Shown here piece by piece: positions 10,131-19,817 of a DNA stretch of 64,000 bases (positions are counted from its first letter, which is position 1; each line of letters opens with the position of its first letter). The notes beneath the pieces are model-generated. The model had not been told where the DNA came from. It saw nothing but the letters and a program-made list of their open reading frames with translations, and did no database searches. This DNA is from a virus, in IMG/VR virus record IMGVR_UViG_3300035682_000005. The stretch is one strand, 5' to 3'. The translations under genes and the position numbers were made by a program.

Positions 10131-10385
10131 GTGAACACTAATTCAAACCTAGTCATGATCGACATATCAACTCAGTTTCGTCGTGCTCAAGATTTAAACA
10201 TGTTGATTGATTTTACTGAAACAGACTCTATGATCATGGCCACATTTAGTGACAGAACTCAAAATTTCATTATCGATGCAGTTGTAAAACACCTCACCAT
10301 AAAATACGGCACTCACGTGTTTGTTGCTAGAAATTCCTTGAATCCAAAAGTTGTTGAAGTTTGGTACAGGGAATCTGCAACATGA
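10131..10385 (+). CDS. Small paralog-family protein
   Basis: ISTQFRRAQDLNML...ATFSDRTQNFIIDAVVKHLTIKY. Confidence 0.7.
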   Translation: MNTNSNLVMIDISTQFRRAQDLNMLIDFTETDSMIMATFSDRTQNFIIDAVVKHLTIKYGTHVFVARNSLNPKVVEVWYRESAT

Positions 10386-10606
10386 AGCCGGTCTCGGCAT
10401 TGATAGAAGAATTGCGAGCAGCGTCATATAAAAATGTGATCGCATCATTTCTACACATGCGGCACCACAGTATGATTCGTGTGCGTTTTATACAAACACA
10501 TGACTATCAAGAGAAACAACTTGAAGTCATGCAATACATATTTAAAACGTACGTGGATGTGAAAGATGTAACAACGCTTGGACCTTTCATGTACATTGAT
10601 CTATGA
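10382..10606 (+). CDS. Small paralog-family protein
   Basis: MKPVSALIEELRAASYKNVI...VRFIQT...VMQYIFKTY; ATGA-type overlap. Confidence 0.72.
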   Translation: MKPVSALIEELRAASYKNVIASFLHMRHHSMIRVRFIQTHDYQEKQLEVMQYIFKTYVDVKDVTTLGPFMYIDL

Positions 10607-10860
10607 GTTTGCCTACGTTTGATGATATGCGAGATGATTTGAATCGTGCGTATGAGCGCGAAGCAATCGCATATTTTCATATTGGCAAAGTGCCAGGAGT
10701 AACATCATTCATTTCAGAAATTTTTTATGCGGATGACCAGTTTGATGTATACATTGCCATTAAAAACACCTATTTGGCAAAAGAAGATGATTTGAAACAG
10801 TACATGCGACAAAAATATGGACACATAATTCGTTTGCTCGTTGTAGAGCAACACACATAA
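10603..10860 (+). CDS. Small paralog-family protein
   Basis: TFDDMRDDLNRAYEREAI...LKQYMRQKY. Confidence 0.68.
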   Translation: MSLPTFDDMRDDLNRAYEREAIAYFHIGKVPGVTSFISEIFYADDQFDVYIAIKNTYLAKEDDLKQYMRQKYGHIIRLLVVEQHT

Positions 10861-10872
10861 CGCGGATTAATT

Positions 10873-11136
10873 GTGAAAAAAACCATATACGAATTACGAG
10901 ATCAGTTAATCGACGCAGAAGTGCATTTTGAAGTTCTGCACGTGTATGGAGATCACATTGTGATAGTTCTTGCATATAATTTACTGAATGCAGACCGAAA
11001 GAAGCGAGAGTTGAAAGAGTACATAGAAAAAACGTTTGTCGCAGTCCTGCATGTGGATGTTTTTACTCAATACATGGTTATTTGGCACGATTATGAAATT
11101 GTGTCACCGCAACATACAAAAAAGAAACGCCCGTGA
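10873..11136 (+). CDS. Small paralog-family protein
   Basis: KKTIYELRDQLIDA...LKEYIEKTF. Confidence 0.68.
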   Translation: MKKTIYELRDQLIDAEVHFEVLHVYGDHIVIVLAYNLLNADRKKRELKEYIEKTFVAVLHVDVFTQYMVIWHDYEIVSPQHTKKKRP

Positions 11137-11426
11137 AGATGCAAAAGACGTTAGACGATTTGTATGAAGAAATTGAGGTTGCAAAGCAACACAGTATGCT
11201 CAATTCTGTTCACTATTTCAACTACGATCCATTGTCAAACACCTCGTCGTTGCCAAATGTACAGCGACTTGATGTTCTTTCTATAGAATTTAAGCACACA
11301 TGTGACACCAACAAAGTTAAAGAAGTATACGAACACATACGAAACACCTATTGGAAAGTTGTTTATGACGTTCGTTTGGTAACATACAACAGAATTCATA
11401 TTTACACGGTCAGTAAGGTTGTATGA
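11133..11426 (+). CDS. Small paralog-family protein
   Basis: KTLDDLYEEIEVAKQHSML...IEFKHTCDTNKVKEVYEHIRNTY. Confidence 0.75.
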   Translation: MKMQKTLDDLYEEIEVAKQHSMLNSVHYFNYDPLSNTSSLPNVQRLDVLSIEFKHTCDTNKVKEVYEHIRNTYWKVVYDVRLVTYNRIHIYTVSKVV

Positions 11427-11698
11427 GCACAATAGATGAATTGGAAACAATTTTTATGGAGGCAGTTCTAAACAATCTTCTTGACGATGTTGTTTTAGAC
11501 AAGAACTACATACAAGTGCACTTTAAACATACAACACATGTTGATGTTACCGTTAGAAAAATTACTGAGCATATACGAAAAAATTTTCCGCAGGTGAAGT
11601 ATTTTAACACCAATAAACAAACTTGGATAATGGAAATTTATCATTACAAAAACCTTGATAAAGAAAGACTTTCCCAGGCAGTGGAAGAAAAACTATGA
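11423..11698 (+). CDS. Small paralog-family protein
   Basis: STIDELETIFMEAVLNNLL...VHFKHTT...ITEHIRKNF. Confidence 0.75.
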   Translation: MSTIDELETIFMEAVLNNLLDDVVLDKNYIQVHFKHTTHVDVTVRKITEHIRKNFPQVKYFNTNKQTWIMEIYHYKNLDKERLSQAVEEKL

Positions 11699-11928
11699 AA
11701 TCAATCGATCACCTTGAATTTGAACTGACACAAGCTAAAGAACATAACTTGATTGAGAGTTTTGAACACATTCAAAATCGAGATTGCATTCTCGTAAAGT
11801 TGAAAGAAAACACAAATGAGAAAACGTGTCAACAATTGAAGATGTACATACGTGATACATATAAAGAGGTCATGTACGTGACCCTTACTCCATATGAACG
11901 CGCATTGTACATCAGATATGTCATCTAA
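11695..11928 (+). CDS. Small paralog-family protein
   Basis: KSIDHLEFELTQAKEHNLI...LKENTNEKTCQQLKMYIRDTY. Confidence 0.78.
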   Translation: MKSIDHLEFELTQAKEHNLIESFEHIQNRDCILVKLKENTNEKTCQQLKMYIRDTYKEVMYVTLTPYERALYIRYVI

Positions 11929-12208
11929 CAAAAAAACAATTTCGGAGTTAAAACACGAATTAAAAGTTGCTCATGAGCAAGGACTTTTGGAGTATGTAAT
12001 AGATATACGAGCAATCAAAACCGGACGTTACGGCATCATTTACAGCGATCCATATTTGTCCGTAAGATTCTTGTCAAATACAAGCGACAAAATCAAAAGT
12101 AAATTGATGTACTACATCCACAAAAATTATGAGCACGTAAAATCAATCAAGATGAGTAGCACATGTGATGTCATCGAAGTGTATTATGACGAATCTCAAA
12201 TCGATTAA
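11918..12208 (+). CDS. Small paralog-family protein
   Basis: KTISELKHELKVAHEQGLL...VRFLSNTSDKIKSKLMYYIHKNY. Confidence 0.78.
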   Translation: MSSNKKTISELKHELKVAHEQGLLEYVIDIRAIKTGRYGIIYSDPYLSVRFLSNTSDKIKSKLMYYIHKNYEHVKSIKMSSTCDVIEVYYDESQID

Positions 12209-12449
12209 ACAACTAAAAAATGATTTGCAACGGGCATTGAACGCAAATGCTATTCGCGACTACAGCCGTTTTGGCAATTCAAACTCAGTTTATCGACCAT
12301 ACATCGTAATTTCATTACACCGACACACTCCCATGAACATAAAACAAAGATTGGTAGAGCACATATATACATCTTACGAGAATATCCATTTCGTTGAATT
12401 GGTAAATCAAAACACCTGCATTTGTGTAGATTATGAGCGAGATGAGTAA
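12186..12449 (+). CDS. Small paralog-family protein
   Basis: KSIKQLKNDLQRALNANAI...HTPMNIKQRLVEHIYTSY. Confidence 0.78.
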   Translation: MTNLKSIKQLKNDLQRALNANAIRDYSRFGNSNSVYRPYIVISLHRHTPMNIKQRLVEHIYTSYENIHFVELVNQNTCICVDYERDE

Positions 12450-12696
12450 GATGAGCAACATCAGTAAACTCATCAAACAATTTTGTCAAGCTCATGAGCA
12501 AAACTTGTGTGCAGTACATTACAACACAGAGGATTATTCCTGTGGTGTGTTGGTGATTGATGTTCCGGTGCAAAGAAGTGTGGTAATTCCTGAACTTGTG
12601 CAACATGTAAAGAATACATATCCACAAGTAAATAGGGTGAACACATACGCATTTTTAGATTTTGTAAGAATAGGATTTTGGTATGACAACCATTAG
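12442..12696 (+). CDS. Small paralog-family protein
   Basis: ISKLIKQFCQAHEQNLC...LVQHVKNTY. Confidence 0.72.
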   Translation: MSKMSNISKLIKQFCQAHEQNLCAVHYNTEDYSCGVLVIDVPVQRSVVIPELVQHVKNTYPQVNRVNTYAFLDFVRIGFWYDNH

Positions 12697-13072
12697 TGTA
12701 GAAGACACAATACGCAGCATCGTTTACGTTCACGATTTAGCAGCTATGGGGCTTGATGCAAAGCTGCCGCTGTCTATGAAAGATTTTGAACTGACACAAG
12801 ATGTTGTAGACGCTCACATTCCCACACATGAAGAACGCGCAGCGATGATTGCATATCAATCGTGTTACTTTGCATATCTTGCGCAAAATAAGAATGGCAC
12901 ATACGAAGAGTTTCGTCAAAACGTAAACCCAAATGCTGTTGAAACAGTCACACAAAACATTCTCTCAAAAATTCCAGAAACCGTAAAACTTGACGATCTT
13001 AAAGAAATTCATAGGGTGCAATTTTTGAACCTAACTCGTGTTGATAAAGACCGTCAGATTAGTGAAGACTAA
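12683..13072 (+). CDS. Hypothetical protein (unrelated insert within the paralog array)
   Basis: 129-aa ORF coupled to both neighbours; lacks family consensus. Confidence 0.6.
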   Translation: MTTISVEDTIRSIVYVHDLAAMGLDAKLPLSMKDFELTQDVVDAHIPTHEERAAMIAYQSCYFAYLAQNKNGTYEEFRQNVNPNAVETVTQNILSKIPETVKLDDLKEIHRVQFLNLTRVDKDRQISED

Positions 13073-13350
13073 TGAATCATAAAAAACCAGTCAAAGAGTT
13101 AAAGCGTCAACTAAAACTGGCATACGAATCAAAATTGATTGAAATCTATCTTGTTCATGAAGATAGTCAGATTGATATATTTCCACAAGACGCCTACGAC
13201 TCACACATCGTGTTTACGTTTACCGAAGATACGCCAATGGAAACGCGTCGCAAACTTATTACATACATAGAAAGTGCGTTTGAATCTGTCATGGTGTCAT
13301 CAAAAGCAGGAATGAAAATCATATGGATTGATTACATATGGGCTCAATAG
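13072..13350 (+). CDS. Small paralog-family protein
   Basis: KPVKELKRQLKLAYESKLI...FTFTEDTPMETRRKLITYIESAF. Confidence 0.8.
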   Translation: MNHKKPVKELKRQLKLAYESKLIEIYLVHEDSQIDIFPQDAYDSHIVFTFTEDTPMETRRKLITYIESAFESVMVSSKAGMKIIWIDYIWAQ

Positions 13351-13613
13351 ATTTTTTGCGAAAACAACTAGAAATAGCACACAACAAAAAAACGATACGC
13401 AGTTTCTTAATATCGTCTATTTCTTTTCCAGTCATCATTGAAGGTGAGCATCGCACCACTTGTGCAAGCATAACGTTTTTTGCAGACACACCATTGAATG
13501 TTCGACAACAAGTTGCAGAATATATTGACAGCACGTATCCAGATCTTGTCACGACATTATACCACACAACAGACACCGTTCTGTTCATCGACTTTAGAGA
13601 TAAAACCAGATGA
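13338..13613 (+). CDS. Small paralog-family protein
   Basis: SIDFLRKQLEIAHNKKTI...TFFADTPLNVRQQVAEYIDSTY. Confidence 0.8.
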   Translation: MGSIDFLRKQLEIAHNKKTIRSFLISSISFPVIIEGEHRTTCASITFFADTPLNVRQQVAEYIDSTYPDLVTTLYHTTDTVLFIDFRDKTR

Positions 13614-13969
13614 CAGACAGATTAAAACAATTGCATGAGCTAAAGCAAAAACTGCAAGAAGCATATGAAAAGAAGCTGGTGTTCTCAGTGTCATTTGACC
13701 ATTTGGATATGATGCCAGATACCGACGACCATCAGAACTATCACACAGCGTCAAGACTGTATCATAGAATTATACTTCACGAAAACACACCAGGCAATGT
13801 TGCACACGAATTGTCAAATCACATTTCATCCACATACAATGTTAAATCGTTTGTCATTCACGACAGTGTTCCTCTAATACAAAACAGATATGCAGAGCCA
13901 ATACGTGTATTGACGTTTCGCACATATATACTTTTCATTTACATAGACTTATGCGGCGTAACTCTATAA
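13610..13969 (+). CDS. Small paralog-family protein
   Basis: LHELKQKLQEAYEKKLV...LHENTPGNVAHELSNHISSTY. Confidence 0.78.
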   Translation: MTDRLKQLHELKQKLQEAYEKKLVFSVSFDHLDMMPDTDDHQNYHTASRLYHRIILHENTPGNVAHELSNHISSTYNVKSFVIHDSVPLIQNRYAEPIRVLTFRTYILFIYIDLCGVTL

Positions 13970-14229
13970 ACATATTGATGCAGCAGCTATCGGAAGCTAA
14001 ACGGAAGAACTTGATCGTTGAGTTTGCCGCATACAACACATGTGAGATCAACTCATATATCATAGTGACTTTCAAAGCAGATACAAATAACAAAACGAAA
14101 CACAAACTAGTAAAACACATCAAACAAAATTACGACGATGTTATTGCAACACACTTTAGCACCACTAACGAAAGGTTGTACATTGAGTATGACGACTGGG
14201 AAATCTTGCCAAAGTACATTGCGTTTTAG
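13951..14229 (+). CDS. Small paralog-family protein
   Basis: SINILMQQLSEAKRKNLI...VTFKADTNNKTKHKLVKHIKQNY. Confidence 0.8.
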   Translation: MRRNSINILMQQLSEAKRKNLIVEFAAYNTCEINSYIIVTFKADTNNKTKHKLVKHIKQNYDDVIATHFSTTNERLYIEYDDWEILPKYIAF

Positions 14230-14607
14230 CAAATTCGTCTGTTGACCCTCTACATGCGTGGTGTTAAGTTTGTTAAATGCAAGACAGGTCATCAGTTCAA
14301 AAACACAAAGCACTTCAAGTTGCAATACTCATGTCAAAATGTAGCGTTGCTCGAATCAGTATCATCAATCTGATTCAATCTGCATATGGTGATTTGGATA
14401 ATCTTAACATTGAGATTCTTATTCATCGATTAGAGCAGCTTGCGCACAAAGAACATCCTCGTTTGTTTGTGGACATAAACTATTACACGTTATGTCTAAA
14501 AATAGAAGTGCAATATGTTTTGTACTCGATGTAAATATACAACCACCCAAAATTTTGTGCTAAATTGTTTTAGTACAACAAACGCATTCGTGTTATTATT
14601 GACCACA

Positions 14608-14877
14608 ATGAAATCAGTAAATCGACTCATTGCAGAATTTTTACATGCCAAAAAAGCCGGTCTGGTTCTTAATGTTGTAAAAGATGAAAATTACTCCGAC
14701 CACAACCCATATTTGACCATCATATTCAGATATGGTGTGTTAAATGATGTTGTTCGTAACCAATTGTTCCGACATATTGAACATGCGTATACTGGTGTGT
14801 ATGCCGAATCGGCACCACATGCCCCATCCATGATTTTTGTGTATTATGTGCCGGGGCGAGTGAAAATTGCAGCATAA
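14608..14877 (+). CDS. Small paralog-family protein
   Basis: MKSVNRLIAEFLHAKKAGLV...IIF...LFRHIEHAY; start re-assigned to ATG 14608. Confidence 0.72.
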   Translation: MKSVNRLIAEFLHAKKAGLVLNVVKDENYSDHNPYLTIIFRYGVLNDVVRNQLFRHIEHAYTGVYAESAPHAPSMIFVYYVPGRVKIAA

Positions 14878-14915
14878 TGATTGACACACAATCATCTGTG
14901 TGATACAACATCTGC

Positions 14916-15128
14916 ATGAATGTGTTCAGTGCAGATTTCATACAAAAGTGTCTTGATGACGTTAAACTTCTTAAAGAGAAAAAACGCAAACTTGAATTGG
15001 ATCTAAAATTCTACGAACAAGAGTTGCGGTTTGCGCAAAAACGTTTAGAAGATTACTCAGACAGAATTTTGGGCATTGAATGTGCGCTACACTCATCAAT
15101 TAAACAACTGATGGATCAATCTTCTTGA
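14916..15128 (+). CDS. Hypothetical coiled-coil protein
   Basis: Own TTGACA-17-TACAAC promoter ending 6 nt upstream; heptad pattern. Confidence 0.6.
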   Translation: MNVFSADFIQKCLDDVKLLKEKKRKLELDLKFYEQELRFAQKRLEDYSDRILGIECALHSSIKQLMDQSS

Positions 15129-16158
15129 GGTTGTCTTTGTAGTATTGACCAAGCATTCTCATTGCAGTTTGAACATCTTTTACATCAGACAACTTTTGAA
15201 GCTCTTTGAGTTGATCAACAAACCAACTAATAATTTCTCGCGATTCAATGATAGACATTGCAGCAAGACCTTCTACTCGTCTGTTGCTAACATAGATGCC
15301 GTTTGTGCCATACGTTGCGTAGCTACCCCATGTAGTGCGATAGAGTAGAACGTGTGAATCTTTGCCCTCAACTTTTGGCAGAGGTATCTTAACGAACGTG
15401 TCGAAAAACTTTGCGCCAAGCTCACGCTGAAACGCAGCAAGCGCATCTTTCTTTGAGAACTTGCCTCGTGCTTTTACATCTTTCTTTTTTGCAAGTTTTG
15501 CAGTTGGGAAAATCTTTTCAGGGTTTCTGAGTGCTTCGTAGTCGCCTTCTTTTGAGTATCGAGATTGTGTGAGTTTGATTGTGCGGCGGTCGTGATATAT
15601 TGCTGGATACACATAGACAGCAATCTCATTTTGATCACCAGCAGCAAGACCAGTGTTTTGTCGTTCTGATGAGTTGATGCTAATGCTTAGTGAGATGACT
15701 GTCGTTTTATCACGATTCTCAAATTGCAATCGTATTGACGCATGAGCACTGAATGATCCACTTGTCCTATCTTCAACGTCCATTGTGGCAGTGAATGTTT
15801 CACCAAAGATCTTTTCAAAGTGTTCTTTGAACGCATCGACCTTGACAGCTCGCTTTACATTTTCGAGTGCAGCACGAACAAACGCAGCATCTTTTTCTTG
15901 AACTTTTTTCCACCAATTTTTGTCTATAGTTGCGCCAGCGATACGACCCGTGACGCCTTTGAGTCTATCATATGCAGCATTGATCTTCTTCATCGACTCA
16001 AGATCACCACCCTTGTCTGGGTGATTCGCAACGGCAGCTTTTTTATACGCAACTTTCAGACCATCGGCTGTTAAGTCGGCGGAGTCAAGGCTCAAGATGC
16101 GAAGTGCATCAGCAACACTCAAAGTGCTCTCAGTTAAGTAGTCGCGAAACTTTTTCAT
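15100..16158 (-). CDS. J-domain (DnaJ-like) protein with putative capsid-targeting N-terminus
   Basis: ALRILSL...LKVAYKKAAVANHPDKGGD..MKKINAAYDRL J-domain with HPD; N-terminal MKKFRDYLTE; late promoter at 16166-16172. Confidence 0.85.
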   Translation of the reverse strand: MKKFRDYLTESTLSVADALRILSLDSADLTADGLKVAYKKAAVANHPDKGGDLESMKKINAAYDRLKGVTGRIAGATIDKNWWKKVQEKDAAFVRAALENVKRAVKVDAFKEHFEKIFGETFTATMDVEDRTSGSFSAHASIRLQFENRDKTTVISLSISINSSERQNTGLAAGDQNEIAVYVYPAIYHDRRTIKLTQSRYSKEGDYEALRNPEKIFPTAKLAKKKDVKARGKFSKKDALAAFQRELGAKFFDTFVKIPLPKVEGKDSHVLLYRTTWGSYATYGTNGIYVSNRRVEGLAAMSIIESREIISWFVDQLKELQKLSDVKDVQTAMRMLGQYYKDNLKKIDPSVV

Positions 16159-16289
16159 ACACACATATTTAGCATACGCTCAATATAACTACAATCATGC
16201 TGATGATCACGATCATATTGTGTATCCAAATTGGATGAATTAAATACTTTGTATAAAATATGTACTATGATAGACTTGTGTATTCCCAC

Positions 16290-16571
16290 ATGAAGACCAC
16301 AGAAGACCTACTATTGCAGCTAAAGAAAGCACACACCAAAGGTCTGATCGACAGTGCGATATATTCTCGTCACCACAAGAATGGATTTATAGCGATTCGA
16401 GTTGTGTTTCCAAAAACAATCACATCTGCAACCATTCTCAGACTACGAAAATTTGTAGAGCACACATACCAAGACACCGAAGTGTCTTTAACAATTATTG
16501 ATGATGACGAGAGTGTGGATATAAATGAAACCAAAGTTCAAATGATCATACAAGCACCGAGACGTATATGA
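16290..16571 (+). CDS. Small paralog-family protein
   Basis: KTTEDLLLQLKKAHTKGLI...VVFPKTITSATILRLRKFVEHTY. Confidence 0.78.
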   Translation: MKTTEDLLLQLKKAHTKGLIDSAIYSRHHKNGFIAIRVVFPKTITSATILRLRKFVEHTYQDTEVSLTIIDDDESVDINETKVQMIIQAPRRI

Positions 16572-16828
16572 AGCCGATACAAAACTTGTATAAAGAACTA
16601 TGCAGCGCAGATGATCAGAACTTGATTCATGCTCGCATTGTTCAGTTTCCAAGAATCGAGATTGTGTTTCGTAAGAACACTCCGTTCGACACTGTAGCAA
16701 AAATCAAAGAGTATGTTGATAAGACATATCCAATACATAACTTACATATTGGCGAATACATCTCGCCAAGTCACAAGAGACATTTAACACTCTACATGGA
16801 AGTGAAGCAATTCTATCAAGGCGCATGA
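16568..16828 (+). CDS. Small paralog-family protein
   Basis: KPIQNLYKELCSADDQNLI...IVFRKNTPFDTVAKIKEYVDKTY. Confidence 0.8.
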   Translation: MKPIQNLYKELCSADDQNLIHARIVQFPRIEIVFRKNTPFDTVAKIKEYVDKTYPIHNLHIGEYISPSHKRHLTLYMEVKQFYQGA

Positions 16829-17091
16829 TAAAAACAGATCGAAAGCCAGTAGAATTGTTTATTGAACAACTCAACATAGCATATGAGCGCAATCTTATTT
16901 TGTCACTCAGTTACAATTATCCACATGTTGCGGTAACCTTTCACAAAGAGACTGAAGCACACATTGTTGATCGTATTGTTGATGTTGCACGAAAAAATTA
17001 TCAGTCAATCCAAAAAATTCGTGTCGAGTGTCACCGACATCACTCATCGAGACACTATCACTACTCAATATATCTCGTGCTTGATAAATAA
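16825..17091 (+). CDS. Small paralog-family protein
   Basis: KPVELFIEQLNIAYERNLI...VTFHKETEAHIVDRIVDVARKNY. Confidence 0.78.
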   Translation: MIKTDRKPVELFIEQLNIAYERNLILSLSYNYPHVAVTFHKETEAHIVDRIVDVARKNYQSIQKIRVECHRHHSSRHYHYSIYLVLDK

Positions 17092-17097
17092 TGATAT

Positions 17098-17979
17098 ATG
17101 ACAGTCAAACCTTTCAAAGAATTTTTGGTAGAAAAGCTCATCGATGTTGATAAAAAAGACATCGACATGATTTTTGCGCCTTTGAAAAAACTATACAAAG
17201 ATCTGCAAACAGTGTGGAAAAATCATGGCAAACTGCCTGCGGAAGAAGTAGAGAAACAATTCAGAGAAGTCATGTCACGACATACAAAAGGTGACCAGCA
17301 CAGAGTTGTCAAAACTTTCTACACAACACAACTTGATTCAGAAACAGCAAAAGCAGCAAATAAGATTAATCCAGTTCGCATCGATGTGTATAATGTGTTG
17401 CCAGAGGGTGGCAGTAATTCATACAACATGATGACAAAACGCATCATGATTGGATTACCAAATAGTGTCTGGGAAGCTATGGCACTTCGCTTACGACACA
17501 TTCCACAATATCAGATTGCTATGTTGTCACACGAAACATCAGACATTCGTTTACTAACAACAATTCGCCATGAGTTGACACATTGGCTTGATGATTCTTT
17601 ACACAATCAATTCTTACACAAAAAGTTTTCTCGTTTTGCAGATGATCGTGAAAAGATTGTAAGGGCCGATGCAGACATGAAAACAACGCAAGATGCAATC
17701 GGCGCATCATTCAAAAAGCATGTTACAAAAGGTGAAGATGACATTTACCTTACATCAATAGAAATTACACCATTTGTAAATCAAATTGCCGAACTCAAAC
17801 GCAGAATTGGCGACAAAAGATATGAGCGCCTTACATGGGCAGACATGATGACACATATGCCGTCACTCGATGGTCTCAATCGCAGACATGGCGCAAAGTT
17901 CCGCAAGCTAATGTTCTCTCGCATGGCTCGTGAAGGACTTCTTACAAAAAATCTCAGAAAACAGGTTGATGTGTACTAA
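17098..17979 (+). CDS. Putative internal virion protein with HExxH motif
   Basis: N-terminal KPFKEFLVE; IRHELTHWLD; TAAATA ends 7 nt upstream. Confidence 0.65.
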   Translation: MTVKPFKEFLVEKLIDVDKKDIDMIFAPLKKLYKDLQTVWKNHGKLPAEEVEKQFREVMSRHTKGDQHRVVKTFYTTQLDSETAKAANKINPVRIDVYNVLPEGGSNSYNMMTKRIMIGLPNSVWEAMALRLRHIPQYQIAMLSHETSDIRLLTTIRHELTHWLDDSLHNQFLHKKFSRFADDREKIVRADADMKTTQDAIGASFKKHVTKGEDDIYLTSIEITPFVNQIAELKRRIGDKRYERLTWADMMTHMPSLDGLNRRHGAKFRKLMFSRMAREGLLTKNLRKQVDVY

Positions 17980-17985
17980 CATAAT

Positions 17986-18549
17986 ATGAAAATTTTTGAT
18001 TGGCTCGCATTTCGCACAACAAAACGATATAACATTCTCAAGATACGAGACTTGTCACCAAACTATTGGGACAAAGATACAATACTACTCTACGCCGTCA
18101 TGCAAATAGTTGTAGATTTTGTTGAAGTTGAATGTGCATTCATGGAGCTTGATACACCACAGATAACATTTTGGCAAAGAATTAACATGAAATTGCCGTG
18201 GTGGTTGCGAAGTGATGAGGCGTATCGCAATCGTGAAAGTGGATTAAAACACTTAACGTTGTTAGAAGACATGTACCAAGATATGCTAATAAATCCCAGT
18301 GACGCACCAAAAGCAATTCGTGAAGTGTATTTGTGGTGGAAAAATGTTCGACCATTTCGACAAGATCCGGGCGACGAAAGTGGTTTCAATGCGTACGTGC
18401 TAGAGTGTAAAAATGCAAACAAAAAAGAAGATAAAAAGCACACACTCAAATTACTAAAAAAAACAGTACGAATCGAACAACACCGTGAGAAAGAGGATAC
18501 TGAAATGCTCAACAAAGTCATTAAATATCGTGGATTTATGTGGACATAA
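17986..18549 (+). CDS. Conserved hypothetical phage protein
   Basis: WDKDT.LL, VDFVEVE, EVYLWWK..RP, DTEML..VI.YR..MWT pattern. Confidence 0.65.
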   Translation: MKIFDWLAFRTTKRYNILKIRDLSPNYWDKDTILLYAVMQIVVDFVEVECAFMELDTPQITFWQRINMKLPWWLRSDEAYRNRESGLKHLTLLEDMYQDMLINPSDAPKAIREVYLWWKNVRPFRQDPGDESGFNAYVLECKNANKKEDKKHTLKLLKKTVRIEQHREKEDTEMLNKVIKYRGFMWT

Positions 18550-18651
18550 CTCCAACTTACAATATAAGTTATTGAAATTGTGTGCAGTTTTATGCTTGAC
18601 ATTCTTATTGGATATTGATACTATTATAAGACTGACGGAAAGATATTTTAT

Positions 18652-18726
18652 CGGGGCGTAGCTCAGCCCGGCTAGAGCGCCTGTTTTGGGAACAGGAGGT
18701 CGCAAGTTCAAATCTTGTCGCCCCGA
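18652..18726 (+). tRNA. tRNA-Pro(TGG)
   Basis: CGGGGCG/CGCCCCG acceptor stem; anticodon arm CCTGT-TTTGGGA-ACAGG; GTTCAAATC T-loop; no encoded CCA; TTGACA-17-TACTAT promoter at 18596-18624. Confidence 0.95.
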
Positions 18727-18757
18727 ATCTTTTGACCGGTTGGTTAAATAGGAAATT

Positions 18758-19771
18758 ATGACAAAAAAACGAATTGGTTTTGCTTGTAAATGGATTGACT
18801 CACCTGAACAAGTAAATGGAATTAAACCCAACGATTCGGCAAAAATATACAGCACACAAACAACTACGGTAGCTTGGATGAACCGTCAAACACAATCGGC
18901 GGCATATGACCGATTGTGGAGTATTATGCAGCACAACATTAGAAGTATGCAATTATTAGTTGCGCGTGTTGCTGATTTAGATCCAATGTTGCGCATGGTG
19001 CGTCTTAGCAGCGAAGCTCTTCCGTTATATTCACACAATGATTTTTGTGTTTTTTATAAACAAAAAGATGTGCAAGAATATATGATTAAAGAATTTGCAA
19101 CACTTGGTGATTTAGCTCGCAGCCGAGATGTGCGAGTGAGTTTTCATCCAGGTCAATTTACAGTTTTAGCCAGTGACAAACCTATCACTGTTGACAATAG
19201 TATTCGAGAGTTTGAATGCCATGTTGATATGGCTCGAATGATGGGTTTTGCAAAACAATTTCAAGATTTTAAAATCAACGTACATATTGCTGGTCGTCTT
19301 GGACCGGATGGCATTATAGCCGTGTTACCAAGATTGAGTGAGGGTGCTAAAAAAACCATTACAATTGAAAATGAAGAAATGACCTACGGTCTTGATGATT
19401 GTCTTAAATTAGTTGAACACACCCCTATAGTTTTGGACCTACATCATCACTGGGTCAAAACTGGCGAATACATACAGCCCGATGATTCAAGAATTCAAAA
19501 AGTTTTAGATAGCTGGCGTGGCGTGCGACCTGTATTGCATTATAGTCAAAGTCGAGAAGATGTGCTTGTTGAACATAACAAAGATCGTATGCCAGATCGC
19601 AAATTGTTGTTAGAAACAGGATTTAACAAACCAAAACTGCGCACACATTCCGATTTTTTTTGGAACAATGCTGTAAACAAGTATGCTGTTTCTTTTCTTA
19701 ATAATTTTGACATTATGTGTGAAAGTAAAGCAAAAAACCTTGCAAGTATGCAGCTTTTAACTCATTTATAA
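18758..19771 (+). CDS. uvsE: UV DNA damage endonuclease
   Basis: RIGFACK, MVRLSS, SFHPGQF, KINVH, IENEE, LDLHHHW, HYSQSRE, HSDF, CESKAKNLA. Confidence 0.92.
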   Translation: MTKKRIGFACKWIDSPEQVNGIKPNDSAKIYSTQTTTVAWMNRQTQSAAYDRLWSIMQHNIRSMQLLVARVADLDPMLRMVRLSSEALPLYSHNDFCVFYKQKDVQEYMIKEFATLGDLARSRDVRVSFHPGQFTVLASDKPITVDNSIREFECHVDMARMMGFAKQFQDFKINVHIAGRLGPDGIIAVLPRLSEGAKKTITIENEEMTYGLDDCLKLVEHTPIVLDLHHHWVKTGEYIQPDDSRIQKVLDSWRGVRPVLHYSQSREDVLVEHNKDRMPDRKLLLETGFNKPKLRTHSDFFWNNAVNKYAVSFLNNFDIMCESKAKNLASMQLLTHL

Positions 19772-19817
19772 TTTATGCAATGTTGGGTATAAATCCAATG
19801 CCCCATAAATACACTCA

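Noticed and set aside
18454-18855. ORFs overlapping tRNA-Pro; likewise the extended 28902 start of radC
   Set aside because: They run through tRNA genes, so the radC start was moved to 28950.
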